A DNA stretch of 64,000 nt from a virus (lineage: Duplodnaviria; Caudoviricetes), in the IMG/VR virus record IMGVR_UViG_3300044557_000281, positions 26,156 through 90,155 of that record. One strand, given 5' to 3'. A program made the translations under genes and the position numbers. Positions 8,924 to 17,938 of the stretch are shown piece by piece. The stretch's first letter is position 1, and every line of letters starts with the position of its first letter. The notes below the pieces were generated by a model. That model did not search any database. It saw only the letters and a program-made list of their open reading frames with translations, and was not told where the DNA came from.

Positions 8924-9445
8924 TTAATTTAAAAGGTCACTATTTTCGTAAATGTTTCCAATTACTTTGATAGAATTACGAGGATCTTTTGTTAATTCAC
9001 TAAGTTGTACACATGACCCGAATTGCCTTGTCAGAAATCCTCTAGTGAACAAGCTTTCTACTTCTGAATGATGTTCTATCTCTTTTACTTCTATACATGT
9101 AAATCCGTGAAAAGCCCATTGCTCGTCTTCGTTGCTATAGCTAATCCAACTTACGGGCGCATTGTATGTTCCACCGTATCTACCGTATTCAAAAACTCTA
9201 ACAATATCACCCTCATAAATCTCCACGCCGTTCTTGTCCTTGAGTCCCGTGTATTGCATTAAGATACGTTCTCCGCCTTCTTCATGAGCAAAACGAAATA
9301 AAACGCTATCGTCGTAGTCTTCACGCTCTCCAATTACCAATGTTTTGCGTTCTGTATCCCATTCACGAAATTTAATCTCTCTCATTCCGCTACCTCCTCC
9401 TCTAAGTACTCCGTTAGTTGAATTTAAATCTCTTTGCGATTTCAT
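8924..9445 (-). CDS. YopX-family protein
   Basis: REIKFREWD, LMQYTGLKDKNG.EIYEGDI, VIGNIYEN. Confidence 0.9.
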   Translation of the reverse strand: MKSQRDLNSTNGVLRGGGSGMREIKFREWDTERKTLVIGEREDYDDSVLFRFAHEEGGERILMQYTGLKDKNGVEIYEGDIVRVFEYGRYGGTYNAPVSWISYSNEDEQWAFHGFTCIEVKEIEHHSEVESLFTRGFLTRQFGSCVQLSELTKDPRNSIKVIGNIYENSDLLN

Positions 9446-10676
9446 ATATCACAGGTACGGTCACACTATTGCCAGCTTGTTTATATAGTTGGCTGTTGCT
9501 ATTTACTTCTTGTGCTTTATCAAACGCCCAATCAGGAAAGCCTTGCAATCGCCAGCATTCCCTTGGGGTAAGTTTCCGTATCCGCAATCCGTCATAAATC
9601 CCGTGGCGGTCTTGGGTGTTTAATGTAAACGTTGGATCTCCATTCTCTTTAAATCTTCGCCCATTTTGTCGCTTGTTCATTCTATCTGGTGTAATCACTG
9701 GAACAACTACACCCTGATTCAGACCTGTTTCTAGTGTGTTTGCTCGCTGCTTTCCGACTCTTCCGCGCCTTGTTTTTGAATTAGGTTGGCTAATATTTAC
9801 TGAATCACCAACTTGTGCTTCGGAATATCCTTTTTTCGTAGCTTCACGAATGGTAATCTTAGGTTCACGTCCACCACCGCCCATCGTATTTAATGCAGGA
9901 CTAACGCCAGCTGGATAATAAACTCGACCAGTTTGTGGGTTACCACCAAAAGAATCACTGTCACTAATGTTTCCTACTTGTTTAATAGCAATTTGTTTTG
10001 GTCCTTTATAATCTCTGCTCATTAGAGTAGTTGAAAGACCAGTTGGGTCTAGCACATCCTGACTACCATACGAGCCATCCCTTCTACCGTTGAACAAGCG
10101 AACTATTTCATTTGTTTCACTAGTTGATCTGTTTTCTCTTTCGATAGGAAAAACTTTTCTGGTACGTTTCCCTCTAAGATGCCCAACAATGAAGACACGT
10201 TCTCTGTTTTGAGGCACGACTTCTTTTGAATTGAGAACGTCCCATTCACAGTCATACCCGATTTCATCCAGTTCAATTTGAAGCTTGGCAAAGTCCCATC
10301 CTCCGTTAATACTAAGTAAGTTTTTAACGTTCTCAATGAGTAAGAACTCGGGTCTATTTTCTTCTTCGAGGTCTCTAATAAGTCGCGTAACTGTGAAAAA
10401 CAAACTTGAACGATTACCTGTGAATCCTTTTTGTTTTCCTGCAACACTGATGTCTTGGCAAGGGAACCCGAAGCACCAAATATTGGCTCTTGGGATTTCA
10501 TTTGCTCTAACGTTTGTAATGTCATGTGCTGTCCATTCTCCTTCTGTGTTGTGAATCGCTTTGTAACTGGCTCTTGCGAATTTATCCCATTCAACATAAC
10601 CAACGCACTCGTGACCCGCTTGTTCCATCCCTAAACGGAATCCACCAATGCCGGCGAATAAATCTAAAAACTTCAA
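9414..10676 (-). CDS. DNA cytosine-5 methyltransferase
   Basis: DLFAGIGG, GFPCQ, ENV, QNRERVFIVG, RKLTPREC.RLQGF, AGNSV. Confidence 0.97.
   Translation of the reverse strand: MKFLDLFAGIGGFRLGMEQAGHECVGYVEWDKFARASYKAIHNTEGEWTAHDITNVRANEIPRANIWCFGFPCQDISVAGKQKGFTGNRSSLFFTVTRLIRDLEEENRPEFLLIENVKNLLSINGGWDFAKLQIELDEIGYDCEWDVLNSKEVVPQNRERVFIVGHLRGKRTRKVFPIERENRSTSETNEIVRLFNGRRDGSYGSQDVLDPTGLSTTLMSRDYKGPKQIAIKQVGNISDSDSFGGNPQTGRVYYPAGVSPALNTMGGGGREPKITIREATKKGYSEAQVGDSVNISQPNSKTRRGRVGKQRANTLETGLNQGVVVPVITPDRMNKRQNGRRFKENGDPTFTLNTQDRHGIYDGLRIRKLTPRECWRLQGFPDWAFDKAQEVNSNSQLYKQAGNSVTVPVIYEIAKRFKFN
10103..10603 (-). CDS. Possible out-of-frame ORF nested in the C5-MTase gene
   Basis: 166 open codons, same strand, different frame; ends LLGILEGNVPEKFFLS. 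Confidence 0.4.
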   Translation of the reverse strand: MVMLNGINSQEPVTKRFTTQKENGQHMTLQTLEQMKSQEPIFGASGSLAKTSVLQENKKDSQVIVQVCFSQLRDLLETSKKKIDPSSYSLRTLKTYLVLTEDGTLPSFKLNWMKSGMTVNGTFSIQKKSCLKTENVSSLLGILEGNVPEKFFLSKEKTDQLVKQMK

Positions 10677-10725
10677 TTTACCTTCTCCTTTTTCTACATA
10701 ATTGGCGTGGTTAGCGGACTATCCA

Positions 10726-11256
10726 CTAATTCTCGTAGATGTTACCTAAAATAGTTATATCGCTTGATGTTAAGTTGAAATTGTGCAAGAATATTTCTTC
10801 TAAATCTTCCGCATCAGGTAAACTCACGGAAACAGAAATCCCATCAATTTCACTAGGTATAGGTTTGGGAGTATCGAAGTCATACTTGGCATCTTTGATA
10901 ATCCATGCTGTTCCTGTTTCGTCTTTATCAACCACACCGATCATATGATTTTCTTGGTAATAGCCCATAGGCCACTCTTCCCAAAAGATATCAATGATGT
11001 CACCTCTATAAACGTCCTTTTCTTCATCGTCTTCGTGTGAATCTGACATATAACCTTTCAAGCCAGTTGATTGCATAAGCACCACATCGTTAAAATCCCG
11101 TGTCAATGTGTGTCTGTTTTCGTGGTCTCCATTGTCCGTCTCAAGCCAAACTGTGTTTTTCTCAAAGTCAATCTCATTGACGGTCATAATCATTTTGTAT
11201 TTTTTATCCCATGCCATAAATTTTGGTACCATCACTCTTCCCCCTTGTTTCCCCAT
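10726..11256 (-). CDS. YopX-family protein
   Basis: PKFMAWDK, LMQSTGLK, YRGDI, ILGNIYEN. Confidence 0.9.
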   Translation of the reverse strand: MGKQGGRVMVPKFMAWDKKYKMIMTVNEIDFEKNTVWLETDNGDHENRHTLTRDFNDVVLMQSTGLKGYMSDSHEDDEEKDVYRGDIIDIFWEEWPMGYYQENHMIGVVDKDETGTAWIIKDAKYDFDTPKPIPSEIDGISVSVSLPDAEDLEEIFLHNFNLTSSDITILGNIYEN

Positions 11257-11639
11257 TCCGCAAAGGCAGCGAGGACTTGATTAGACTCGTTCCTATCTAA
11301 CCTTAAAAATTCATCTGACATACATTTGTTAATAAAAATGTACACTGCTTGCATTTTTGATTTGTAGCTTTGTTTCATAAAAATCTGGCACAACTGGTTC
11401 AATACGACCTGCTGATCGTTGGTGAGCTTAGGCGGTAACATCAACCTAAACTCATTCGGATGTGTCTCAATCCACTTTCGGACGTCTGGGTCGTCGAGTG
11501 TGTTATGCCCGGAATTATAAATAACGCCAATCATGATGCTGTCAAAACTATCGGTAGTGAGGTTTTTATCCACAATCCACTCTTTGACTTGTCCTTTCAT
11601 TCTGCTACCTCTTTCTATTACTTTAATCATCATATCCAT
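11232..11639 (-). CDS. DUF1642-like phage protein
   Basis: LTNDQQVVL...QVLAAFAEW. Confidence 0.6.
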   Translation of the reverse strand: MDMMIKVIERGSRMKGQVKEWIVDKNLTTDSFDSIMIGVIYNSGHNTLDDPDVRKWIETHPNEFRLMLPPKLTNDQQVVLNQLCQIFMKQSYKSKMQAVYIFINKCMSDEFLRLDRNESNQVLAAFAEWGNKGEE

Positions 11640-12238
11640 CTAATAATAGGTTCTCCTTGATAGCCTTTTTCAAAAACAAACCAACCGAAAGCCATAGTGC
11701 TTGCCCATTTTTTACCGTCCTTGTCCGTTGATTGACCATTGCGCCAAGGATTAGCACGATAAGAATATACATAAACATATTTTAAAGGTACAGTGGGGAA
11801 CCATTCCTTTCTAGCAACCCCTTCTAAAAATTGAATCTTTAAAAACATCATTACGTATTTTTTTGATACTTCTAGCGACTTATCAATCATTTCCTTTGCG
11901 TATTTGAAAGGCGGGTTTGTGAGCGTTAAATCATACATATTTTCATCTGGATAACAATCTAAGTAATTCAACTGCTTTATATAAGAAGCTCTTGGGTTTA
12001 TGTCATAACTATCAACCCGTATACCAGAATGGTATTTTTCCACAGTTTCAGTGATATGCCCAGCCCCTGCACAAGGTTCTAACATGCTAGAACCGTCTAT
12101 CATTATCCCATCTCGCTCTAAAGCTTTTAAAAAATTAAGTGTATCGCGTGGATTGGTGGCATAGAAGTCACCATCTACGCGCCCTCTCTTTGGATTCCCG
12201 CCAGCTATGTTACTGCCTGTAACCACCGTTGTTCTCAT
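11630..12238 (-). CDS. Putative N6-adenine DNA methyltransferase
   Basis: DFYATNP, LEPCAGAG (SAM-binding), TNPPF. Confidence 0.85.
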   Translation of the reverse strand: MRTTVVTGSNIAGGNPKRGRVDGDFYATNPRDTLNFLKALERDGIMIDGSSMLEPCAGAGHITETVEKYHSGIRVDSYDINPRASYIKQLNYLDCYPDENMYDLTLTNPPFKYAKEMIDKSLEVSKKYVMMFLKIQFLEGVARKEWFPTVPLKYVYVYSYRANPWRNGQSTDKDGKKWASTMAFGWFVFEKGYQGEPIIRWI

Positions 12239-12450
12239 TCTGCTACCTCCTCTTTATTTCTAAGGTCATATACTATTACAGCACTAGGGAAGGTTGAACT
12301 ACCTCTAGGGATACCATCTACTTCAAACCTCAATCGACCTTTAATGAACCTAATATCGTCTGCTTTATTGAAGATGTAATCATGCCATCTTTTTGTATCT
12401 GTCCTAGCTGGTATAAGGAGAACTATAACCCCCCTCCAGTTAGAAGAAAT
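12235..12450 (-). pseudogene. C-terminal fragment of a phage N6-adenine MTase
   Basis: VLLIPARTDT..WHDYIF...IRFIKGRLRF...FPSAV present; N-terminal motifs and own start missing. Confidence 0.7.
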
Positions 12451-12457
12451 GGTATCA

Positions 12458-12991
12458 TTAATCTTTGATTTCTTTAATTGACACATTAACCACACAAGGG
12501 TCTGAATACAGTGCTTCCTTAGCTACTTGCATACGTTTAGGTAGTTTTAAGTTACTAGGCATTTGTTTCACTGCTTCTACATTATAATACACTGGAATAC
12601 TTTTATCAAACTTTTTACGACTTCTTAAAGCTGTAATTTCAATTTGATAAATCATAACGATTTGAGAAATGTAGGCGTCTGTCTTACCCATAATTTCTGC
12701 CATTTCTTTAATGTTCCACATCTTTTTATTTAACGAACGAATTTCTTCTGCAATTTCTCTTCGTGAGTTCCGAATATCTTTACGACCTAAATTTCCTAGT
12801 AGGTTTGAATAAGCAACTAGTTCTGGGTCATTCATGTTTTTCACACTTACTATAGAAGCGTCCTCCACTTGGTCATTTAAAATGTAACGGGCAATGACTT
12901 TGTTTTCCCCTAAGAACCGTTTCCGTTCATAGGTGACTGTTCCGTTTCCTAGTTTAAAAATATCTACTCCGTATTTTGTGTTTGCTTTCAT
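12458..12991 (-). CDS. Hypothetical protein with HTH-like segment
   Basis: G.GTV.YE.R.F motif and EMAEIMGKTDAYISQ helix; paralogue of 15073-15489. Confidence 0.75.
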   Translation of the reverse strand: MKANTKYGVDIFKLGNGTVTYERKRFLGENKVIARYILNDQVEDASIVSVKNMNDPELVAYSNLLGNLGRKDIRNSRREIAEEIRSLNKKMWNIKEMAEIMGKTDAYISQIVMIYQIEITALRSRKKFDKSIPVYYNVEAVKQMPSNLKLPKRMQVAKEALYSDPCVVNVSIKEIKD

Positions 12992-13085
12992 AATAAATCT
13001 CCCCCTTTACTTGATGAATTAAGTATAGCTTTTACTAATTAGTTTGTCAACTACTTTATTTAACTTTATTTCAAGGAACTAGAGA

Positions 13086-13310
13086 TTAATCTAGCTCCTT
13101 ATTAAACTCACTACCATTTAAAATCAGTTGGTTATTTAGTACCGTGTAACTTGCTACTGCTCGTGGTTTAGATTGAATGTTACGAGTACGGGCACGGAAT
13201 GATGAGGGAATATCTACAGCCACTTTAGCAGTAACCAGTACCTCTGTTTCGTCTGCAATCCCTAACTCCTCAACCTTATCCAGTAAGTTCTTCAGTTCTT
13301 TAATTGTCAT
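13086..13310 (-). CDS. Hypothetical protein
   Basis: GGAGGAG RBS; TTGACA promoter upstream. Confidence 0.75.
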   Translation of the reverse strand: MTIKELKNLLDKVEELGIADETEVLVTAKVAVDIPSSFRARTRNIQSKPRAVASYTVLNNQLILNGSEFNKELD

Positions 13311-13383
13311 GAGTAACTCCTCCTCTTGTTATCTTTGTTGAATTAAATATACCATGTGTTCACAATTCTGTCAACACTATTTT

Positions 13384-13674
13384 TTAAATATTTTTATTAA
13401 ATTCTGCAAAAGCAGAAGTCTCCTTTAACACCGGGTACAACCGATACGTGTTGTCCATTATAGTTAGCATAGTTTTATCCATCTTGTCTACTTGATTGCT
13501 CCACCAATCCAGCTCGGTATCTATATCCCTATCCGCCCCTTTGGTTCGGTTTATTTTCTTAATCATTAGTTTGTCCCTGTCATATCTAGGAAGTACAGCT
13601 ACAGATAGCCAAGCAAGGAATCCAATAACCCCTAGGGAAATTACTACTATAATTTTATAGGTTGTACTACTCAT
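13384..13674 (-). CDS. Membrane-anchored hypothetical protein
   Basis: N-terminal TM helix; overlaps 13671-13889. Confidence 0.7.
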   Translation of the reverse strand: MSSTTYKIIVVISLGVIGFLAWLSVAVLPRYDRDKLMIKKINRTKGADRDIDTELDWWSNQVDKMDKTMLTIMDNTYRLYPVLKETSAFAEFNKNI

Positions 13675-13889
13675 TTAACGAACCATATTAGTAAACAAGC
13701 TATTGCCACAAACATGATGGCTAAGCACTCTAAAATCACTAACATTCTTTCTTTTTTATTTTTGTACTCGGTATGTGTGAGAATCCATATACAGACTCCG
13801 ATAGTAACTAATGCTAACGCCACCTCCGCAAAGCCAATATAATCTCGCAAGTGAAACCACATCATAATAACACTCCTTATCTTTTTCAT
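13671..13889 (-). CDS. Two-TM membrane protein
   Basis: Two hydrophobic segments; AAGGAG RBS. Confidence 0.7.
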   Translation of the reverse strand: MKKIRSVIMMWFHLRDYIGFAEVALALVTIGVCIWILTHTEYKNKKERMLVILECLAIMFVAIACLLIWFVK

Positions 13890-13929
13890 AAAAAATCAGA
13901 ACTATAGTTGTGAGCTATAGTTCCGATAC

Positions 13930-14493
13930 TTAGACTAATTCCACGTCTAATTGTACTTCATTTAATTTAATCGCTTCCGCTTCTTGTACAGTACGAGTTC
14001 TCACTGCAATGTTGCCGGCACCTGTACTGGTGATATGCAACTCAATGATTAAGTCTTGTGGGGCATGAGTAGTAACCGCTGTAGGATTTAATACTACTGG
14101 TTTTTGTGCCACCTTTTTAGGCTTTTCATCTGGTAATAACTCTTGTTGTACTGGAATACGTGGAACCTTTTTCCCTTGTAATGGGGCTTGTGTTTGACGC
14201 ATAGCCGGTTCTGGGTCTAATCCAACAGAAACCATCCAATCAATATAAGTAGCTTGTTGTGGCTTATTCTTAGCCTTTACAGTTGTTTGTTTGATTGGGT
14301 TGGCTATGAAACCTCTTACGTAAAACACTTCTGTTTCTTGGTTTCTGCTTTGGTAAATATGGGCTAAAGAAACTTGGAAGAATTTTCGTAAGCCAGCAAT
14401 AGAAGTAAAGTCTAAGTAGTACGTTACCCCTTTACCGGTTGGAACAGTTACGCGATAGGCTTTTGCTAATGTGCTTCTCATAAGAAAAATCAC
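13930..14493 (-). CDS. Hypothetical protein
   Basis: 187 aa, AAGGAG RBS. Confidence 0.75.
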   Translation of the reverse strand: MIFLMRSTLAKAYRVTVPTGKGVTYYLDFTSIAGLRKFFQVSLAHIYQSRNQETEVFYVRGFIANPIKQTTVKAKNKPQQATYIDWMVSVGLDPEPAMRQTQAPLQGKKVPRIPVQQELLPDEKPKKVAQKPVVLNPTAVTTHAPQDLIIELHITSTGAGNIAVRTRTVQEAEAIKLNEVQLDVELV

Positions 14494-14507
14494 TCCTTTT
14501 AATTTTT

Positions 14508-15020
14508 TTAAGAGGCTGTTAAAGTAACAGTTACTCTATTTAATGTTTTAAATTGTACGTTTTGGTTAAACGTGGTGTGTCCTGCAACAGGTGAAAGAAT
14601 TAAAGGTTCTTTTGGTACGTTTGGCTTATTCCTTTTAGCTTTCCGTGTCACTGGGTGTTTTTTATGTTTAAGTAATTCACTGTCTTTTAGAATGTTTGGA
14701 TTCACTAGATAACGGTTTACTTTCCCTTCTAAGAGTACGGAAGGATAACGGTCTACCACTTCTTGGAACCATTTGTAAGTCCCTAGTACCCGTCCTTTAG
14801 GTAGGTTTAGCTCCCTTGTAATGGTTGCATAAGAAACCCAATCACCCTTAATGTAATTAATCAACGCTGTCCCTAACACGAAAGCACCCTTATTGGCTAC
14901 ATTAAATGTAGAAAGTTCCCCTTTAGTTACAAGGTTGAGTACGTCTGTGTAGTCCATATCTAGGATTTGTCCCACGGTCTGCAATGAATACTGTTCATTC
15001 TCCGAAATAATTGTTCGCAT
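14508..15020 (-). CDS. HTH (excisionase-like) domain protein
   Basis: YSLQTVGQIL...VLNLVTKGELST pattern. Confidence 0.65.
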   Translation of the reverse strand: MRTIISENEQYSLQTVGQILDMDYTDVLNLVTKGELSTFNVANKGAFVLGTALINYIKGDWVSYATITRELNLPKGRVLGTYKWFQEVVDRYPSVLLEGKVNRYLVNPNILKDSELLKHKKHPVTRKAKRNKPNVPKEPLILSPVAGHTTFNQNVQFKTLNRVTVTLTAS

Positions 15021-15072
15021 AAGTAATTCCTCCTTCAGTTAGTAGTGTAACAAGCTTTAAAGTTTAAAGCAA

Positions 15073-15438
15073 TTATTTTGACTTCTTATGTGGATTGGTA
15101 ATCTCATATAACATAGCGGTTTGAGAAATGTAAGCCGGTGACTTGTTCAGCAAGGTAGCAATCTCTACAAATGATTTATCTAAATTAGCTAGATTGCGAA
15201 TGGTCTGTGCTAAATCATCTCGTCCGCTTTGTTTAGCTGATAGGTTAATCAGTAGTGTGCCGTACGCTCTAAGCTCGTTGTCTGCACCATCTATAGCTTC
15301 CACAACTACTGCTCGTGTGACGTCTTTGTCTGGTGCTTCTCGGTACCGCCCTAGAATCTTCACACTTCCCGTGAACTTTCTTTTTTCATAACTTACTGTG
15401 CCATCACCAATCTTACTAGTATCTACTAGACTTGTCAT
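15073..15438 (-). CDS. Hypothetical protein with HTH-like segment
   Basis: Start probably MTSLV after GGAGG; paralogue of 12458-12991. Confidence 0.75.
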   Translation of the reverse strand: MTSLVDTSKIGDGTVSYEKRKFTGSVKILGRYREAPDKDVTRAVVVEAIDGADNELRAYGTLLINLSAKQSGRDDLAQTIRNLANLDKSFVEIATLLNKSPAYISQTAMLYEITNPHKKSK

Positions 15439-15566
15439 GTGTACACCTCCCTTTAATTTAATTCTACTACGTGTTCGTTGGCTTTGCAATAGGAAAGTAA
15501 CAATTAGTTTAAAAAGACTACCGTTTCTTTTATAGTTAAGGCTAGGAAGAACCTAGCCCACTACAA

Positions 15567-15854
15567 TTAAACCATTGCTAAATCAAAATATATTTCATAT
15601 TCTTCTGGTAGGGGGAATACAGACCCTAATTCCTTTAAATTAAATAATACTATAACACCTTGTTCCTCACACGGTTCTACTTCTTTGTTTTCTAAATCTA
15701 CAAAAGAAGTGTTCGATACCCAGATTTCATCTTTTGTTACGGCTGTTAGATACCCCAAAAACCCTTTTTTTAAGTCTGTAACTTGTTCTACTTGTTCATA
15801 ACCAAAAACATAAGGGGTGTTTAGTGCAACCTGTTCCAATTCTTTAAATAGCAT
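15567..15854 (-). CDS. Hypothetical protein
   Basis: 95 aa, GAGGAG RBS. Confidence 0.7.
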   Translation of the reverse strand: MLFKELEQVALNTPYVFGYEQVEQVTDLKKGFLGYLTAVTKDEIWVSNTSFVDLENKEVEPCEEQGVIVLFNLKELGSVFPLPEEYEIYFDLAMV

Positions 15855-15912
15855 TTTCTCATTCTCCTCATAAGCAAAAGTGTTGTTACTGTATTACAGG
15901 ATTATAATAACA

Positions 15913-16551
15913 TTAACTATTTGAATGGTCAATACTTTTCTTAGGAAAATCTTTCCCTGTTTCAAGGTCAATCTCATAAGGCTCAAAGCGGAATGTTCCT
16001 AATTTCTTTTCAGGTTTTAATAGGGTATTGTAGGTGTCTTGTACGTCCGTAGACTCCTTGTAACTTCTTGTTAAGTACAATTTCCCCGGCATATCTGCAT
16101 AGCGCTCACGGGCGTTTACAGCGTTTCTGGTGTAAGCCACTAATTGTCTGGTTTGTTTTAAGGCGTCCACAATAGCGTAGACCTCTGTTACAATAGAAGG
16201 GGACTTTTCCATGTACCCTTTGTTATAAATTTCTTCTTGTTCTTCTTTCGTTAACATTTTCGTTAATACGTCTTTAATCTGTCTACGTTCATGTAATAAG
16301 TTGGTGTAACAATTTCCTAAGAAAGCAAAGTCTCCTTGTGAGTACCCTTCCCCTAATTCAAACATATGTTGGTAGTCAATCTGTTTGTGTAAGTTTTGAT
16401 GAAATAGGGACACGGTATCTTTTACTAAGGAATGTACTTTAGTTTCCACTCCCCAAAGAACAGTGTTTGGTACATCAATAGTATCTAAAATTCCTTTTAA
16501 TTCATTCCAGTTCGATTCTGCTTGACTTCCTAGTGTATGTGTTTCTAGCAT
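15913..16551 (-). CDS. Hypothetical protein
   Basis: 212 aa, AAGGAG RBS. Confidence 0.8.
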   Translation of the reverse strand: MLETHTLGSQAESNWNELKGILDTIDVPNTVLWGVETKVHSLVKDTVSLFHQNLHKQIDYQHMFELGEGYSQGDFAFLGNCYTNLLHERRQIKDVLTKMLTKEEQEEIYNKGYMEKSPSIVTEVYAIVDALKQTRQLVAYTRNAVNARERYADMPGKLYLTRSYKESTDVQDTYNTLLKPEKKLGTFRFEPYEIDLETGKDFPKKSIDHSNS

Positions 16552-16600
16552 GATTCATTTCTCCTTAGTGGGGCTTTGCTCTTACACAAAGCCCGTAACT

Positions 16601-16921
16601 TTAATTATTAGATACAATCCGTAAACTTGCTTTCGTTTTAACCATCTTCGTATATTGTTTGGCAATGTTAGGGTAGTCTGCAATCATAGATTTCGTGTCT
16701 ACGCTTTCTTTTGCTTTAGACGGAAGTAGTGTTGCGGTAGCGTCTTCTGTTGCTAATTTCTTAATATTATTTTCTTCCATGTACTCCATGATACCGGCTT
16801 TAATGGTATCTTTACGAGCTTTTAATTCTTTTAATTGGCGGTCAATATCTGATAAATCTAGTAATTGGTATTCAAGTTCTTCCTTAGTTAATTTAACGTC
16901 TTCCATTTTAGTAATTTGCAT
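16601..16921 (-). CDS. Coiled-coil phage protein
   Basis: 106 aa, GGAGG RBS. Confidence 0.75.
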   Translation of the reverse strand: MQITKMEDVKLTKEELEYQLLDLSDIDRQLKELKARKDTIKAGIMEYMEENNIKKLATEDATATLLPSKAKESVDTKSMIADYPNIAKQYTKMVKTKASLRIVSNN

Positions 16922-16948
16922 GAGTGTTTCCTCCTTAGATGAGTACGT

Positions 16949-17074
16949 TTATTTTGTTTCTGGTTGTAACATTCCGTAAACGAAGCTTCCAGCAAATGTT
17001 AAAATTAATGCTGGGAAAAATCCTAATGTAAGCATGATAATGAAGAATGCAATAAAGGCTACGAAGTATTTCAT
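16949..17074 (-). CDS. 41-aa membrane peptide (not in the ORF track)
   Basis: MKYFVAFIAFFIIMLTLGFFPALILTFAGSFVYGMLQPETK; AAAGGAAG RBS; TTGACC promoter upstream. Confidence 0.65.
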   Translation of the reverse strand: MKYFVAFIAFFIIMLTLGFFPALILTFAGSFVYGMLQPETK

Positions 17075-17148
17075 GGTGTTCACTTCCTTTCGTTAAATTA
17101 ATAATACCATACCACTAATTAGTGGTCAAGCACTTTTTAAAATAATTT

Positions 17149-17814
17149 TTAATTTCTTTCTCGAATAGTTGGGAAATGTTCTTTAAACGTTAGGTTATCG
17201 AATAAATCAGTAATGAGATAAGAGTAATCTTTGTAACCGATAATACTGCCTTCATACTTAGTGGAACGTAATGTGTACAATCGTGTATACGTCATATTCA
17301 TTTCCATAGTTTGAATCTTACGACTGATTTCCTTTACTTCCCAATCAATTTTCTTTTGGAGTGCTTTTGTATTGCCACAATCGGGTGATAGTACCACATT
17401 CAAACTGGTTTCTAAAATCTTTAAACTATGGGCAAAGGCATAAATATGATTAGCTCCATTGATATACATAGTGCTGTAGAAGTTATCATACTCTTTATGG
17501 TCTAAGACTTCATATAAGAAAGATTTGTAGGCTTTTCTAAGTTTAAGTACGGTTTGTAATCGTTCTGTTAAAAGGTATGTTTCTGATTCAGGTGCTAATT
17601 CTAGTAGGTGCACTAGGTCTGTGTACACCAAGTTAATGCTACGTGCTTCATTCAATGCGTTTCTAATTAACAAATGGATTGGAATAACCAATTGGTAAGT
17701 TCTTGTTTTGTCACTCCAATTGTCTGTAATATTTTCCACATTCATTAGAATGTTTTCCTTAAAGTCATTTAGTAGTGTAATCGCTGTTTGTTCTTTCATT
17801 TTCATCATATTCAT
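17149..17814 (-). CDS. Hypothetical protein
   Basis: 221 aa with promoter and RBS. Confidence 0.8.
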   Translation of the reverse strand: MNMMKMKEQTAITLLNDFKENILMNVENITDNWSDKTRTYQLVIPIHLLIRNALNEARSINLVYTDLVHLLELAPESETYLLTERLQTVLKLRKAYKSFLYEVLDHKEYDNFYSTMYINGANHIYAFAHSLKILETSLNVVLSPDCGNTKALQKKIDWEVKEISRKIQTMEMNMTYTRLYTLRSTKYEGSIIGYKDYSYLITDLFDNLTFKEHFPTIRERN

Positions 17815-17938
17815 TCTCTCCCTTATTATTTGTTTTGTTCCCTCTCAACACATTAAGAATACCATGTATTATTTATTCCGTCAACACTAATTTATAAATT
17901 AATTTTAAAGGCTAGAAATAAATCTAGCCCTAAGTGGT

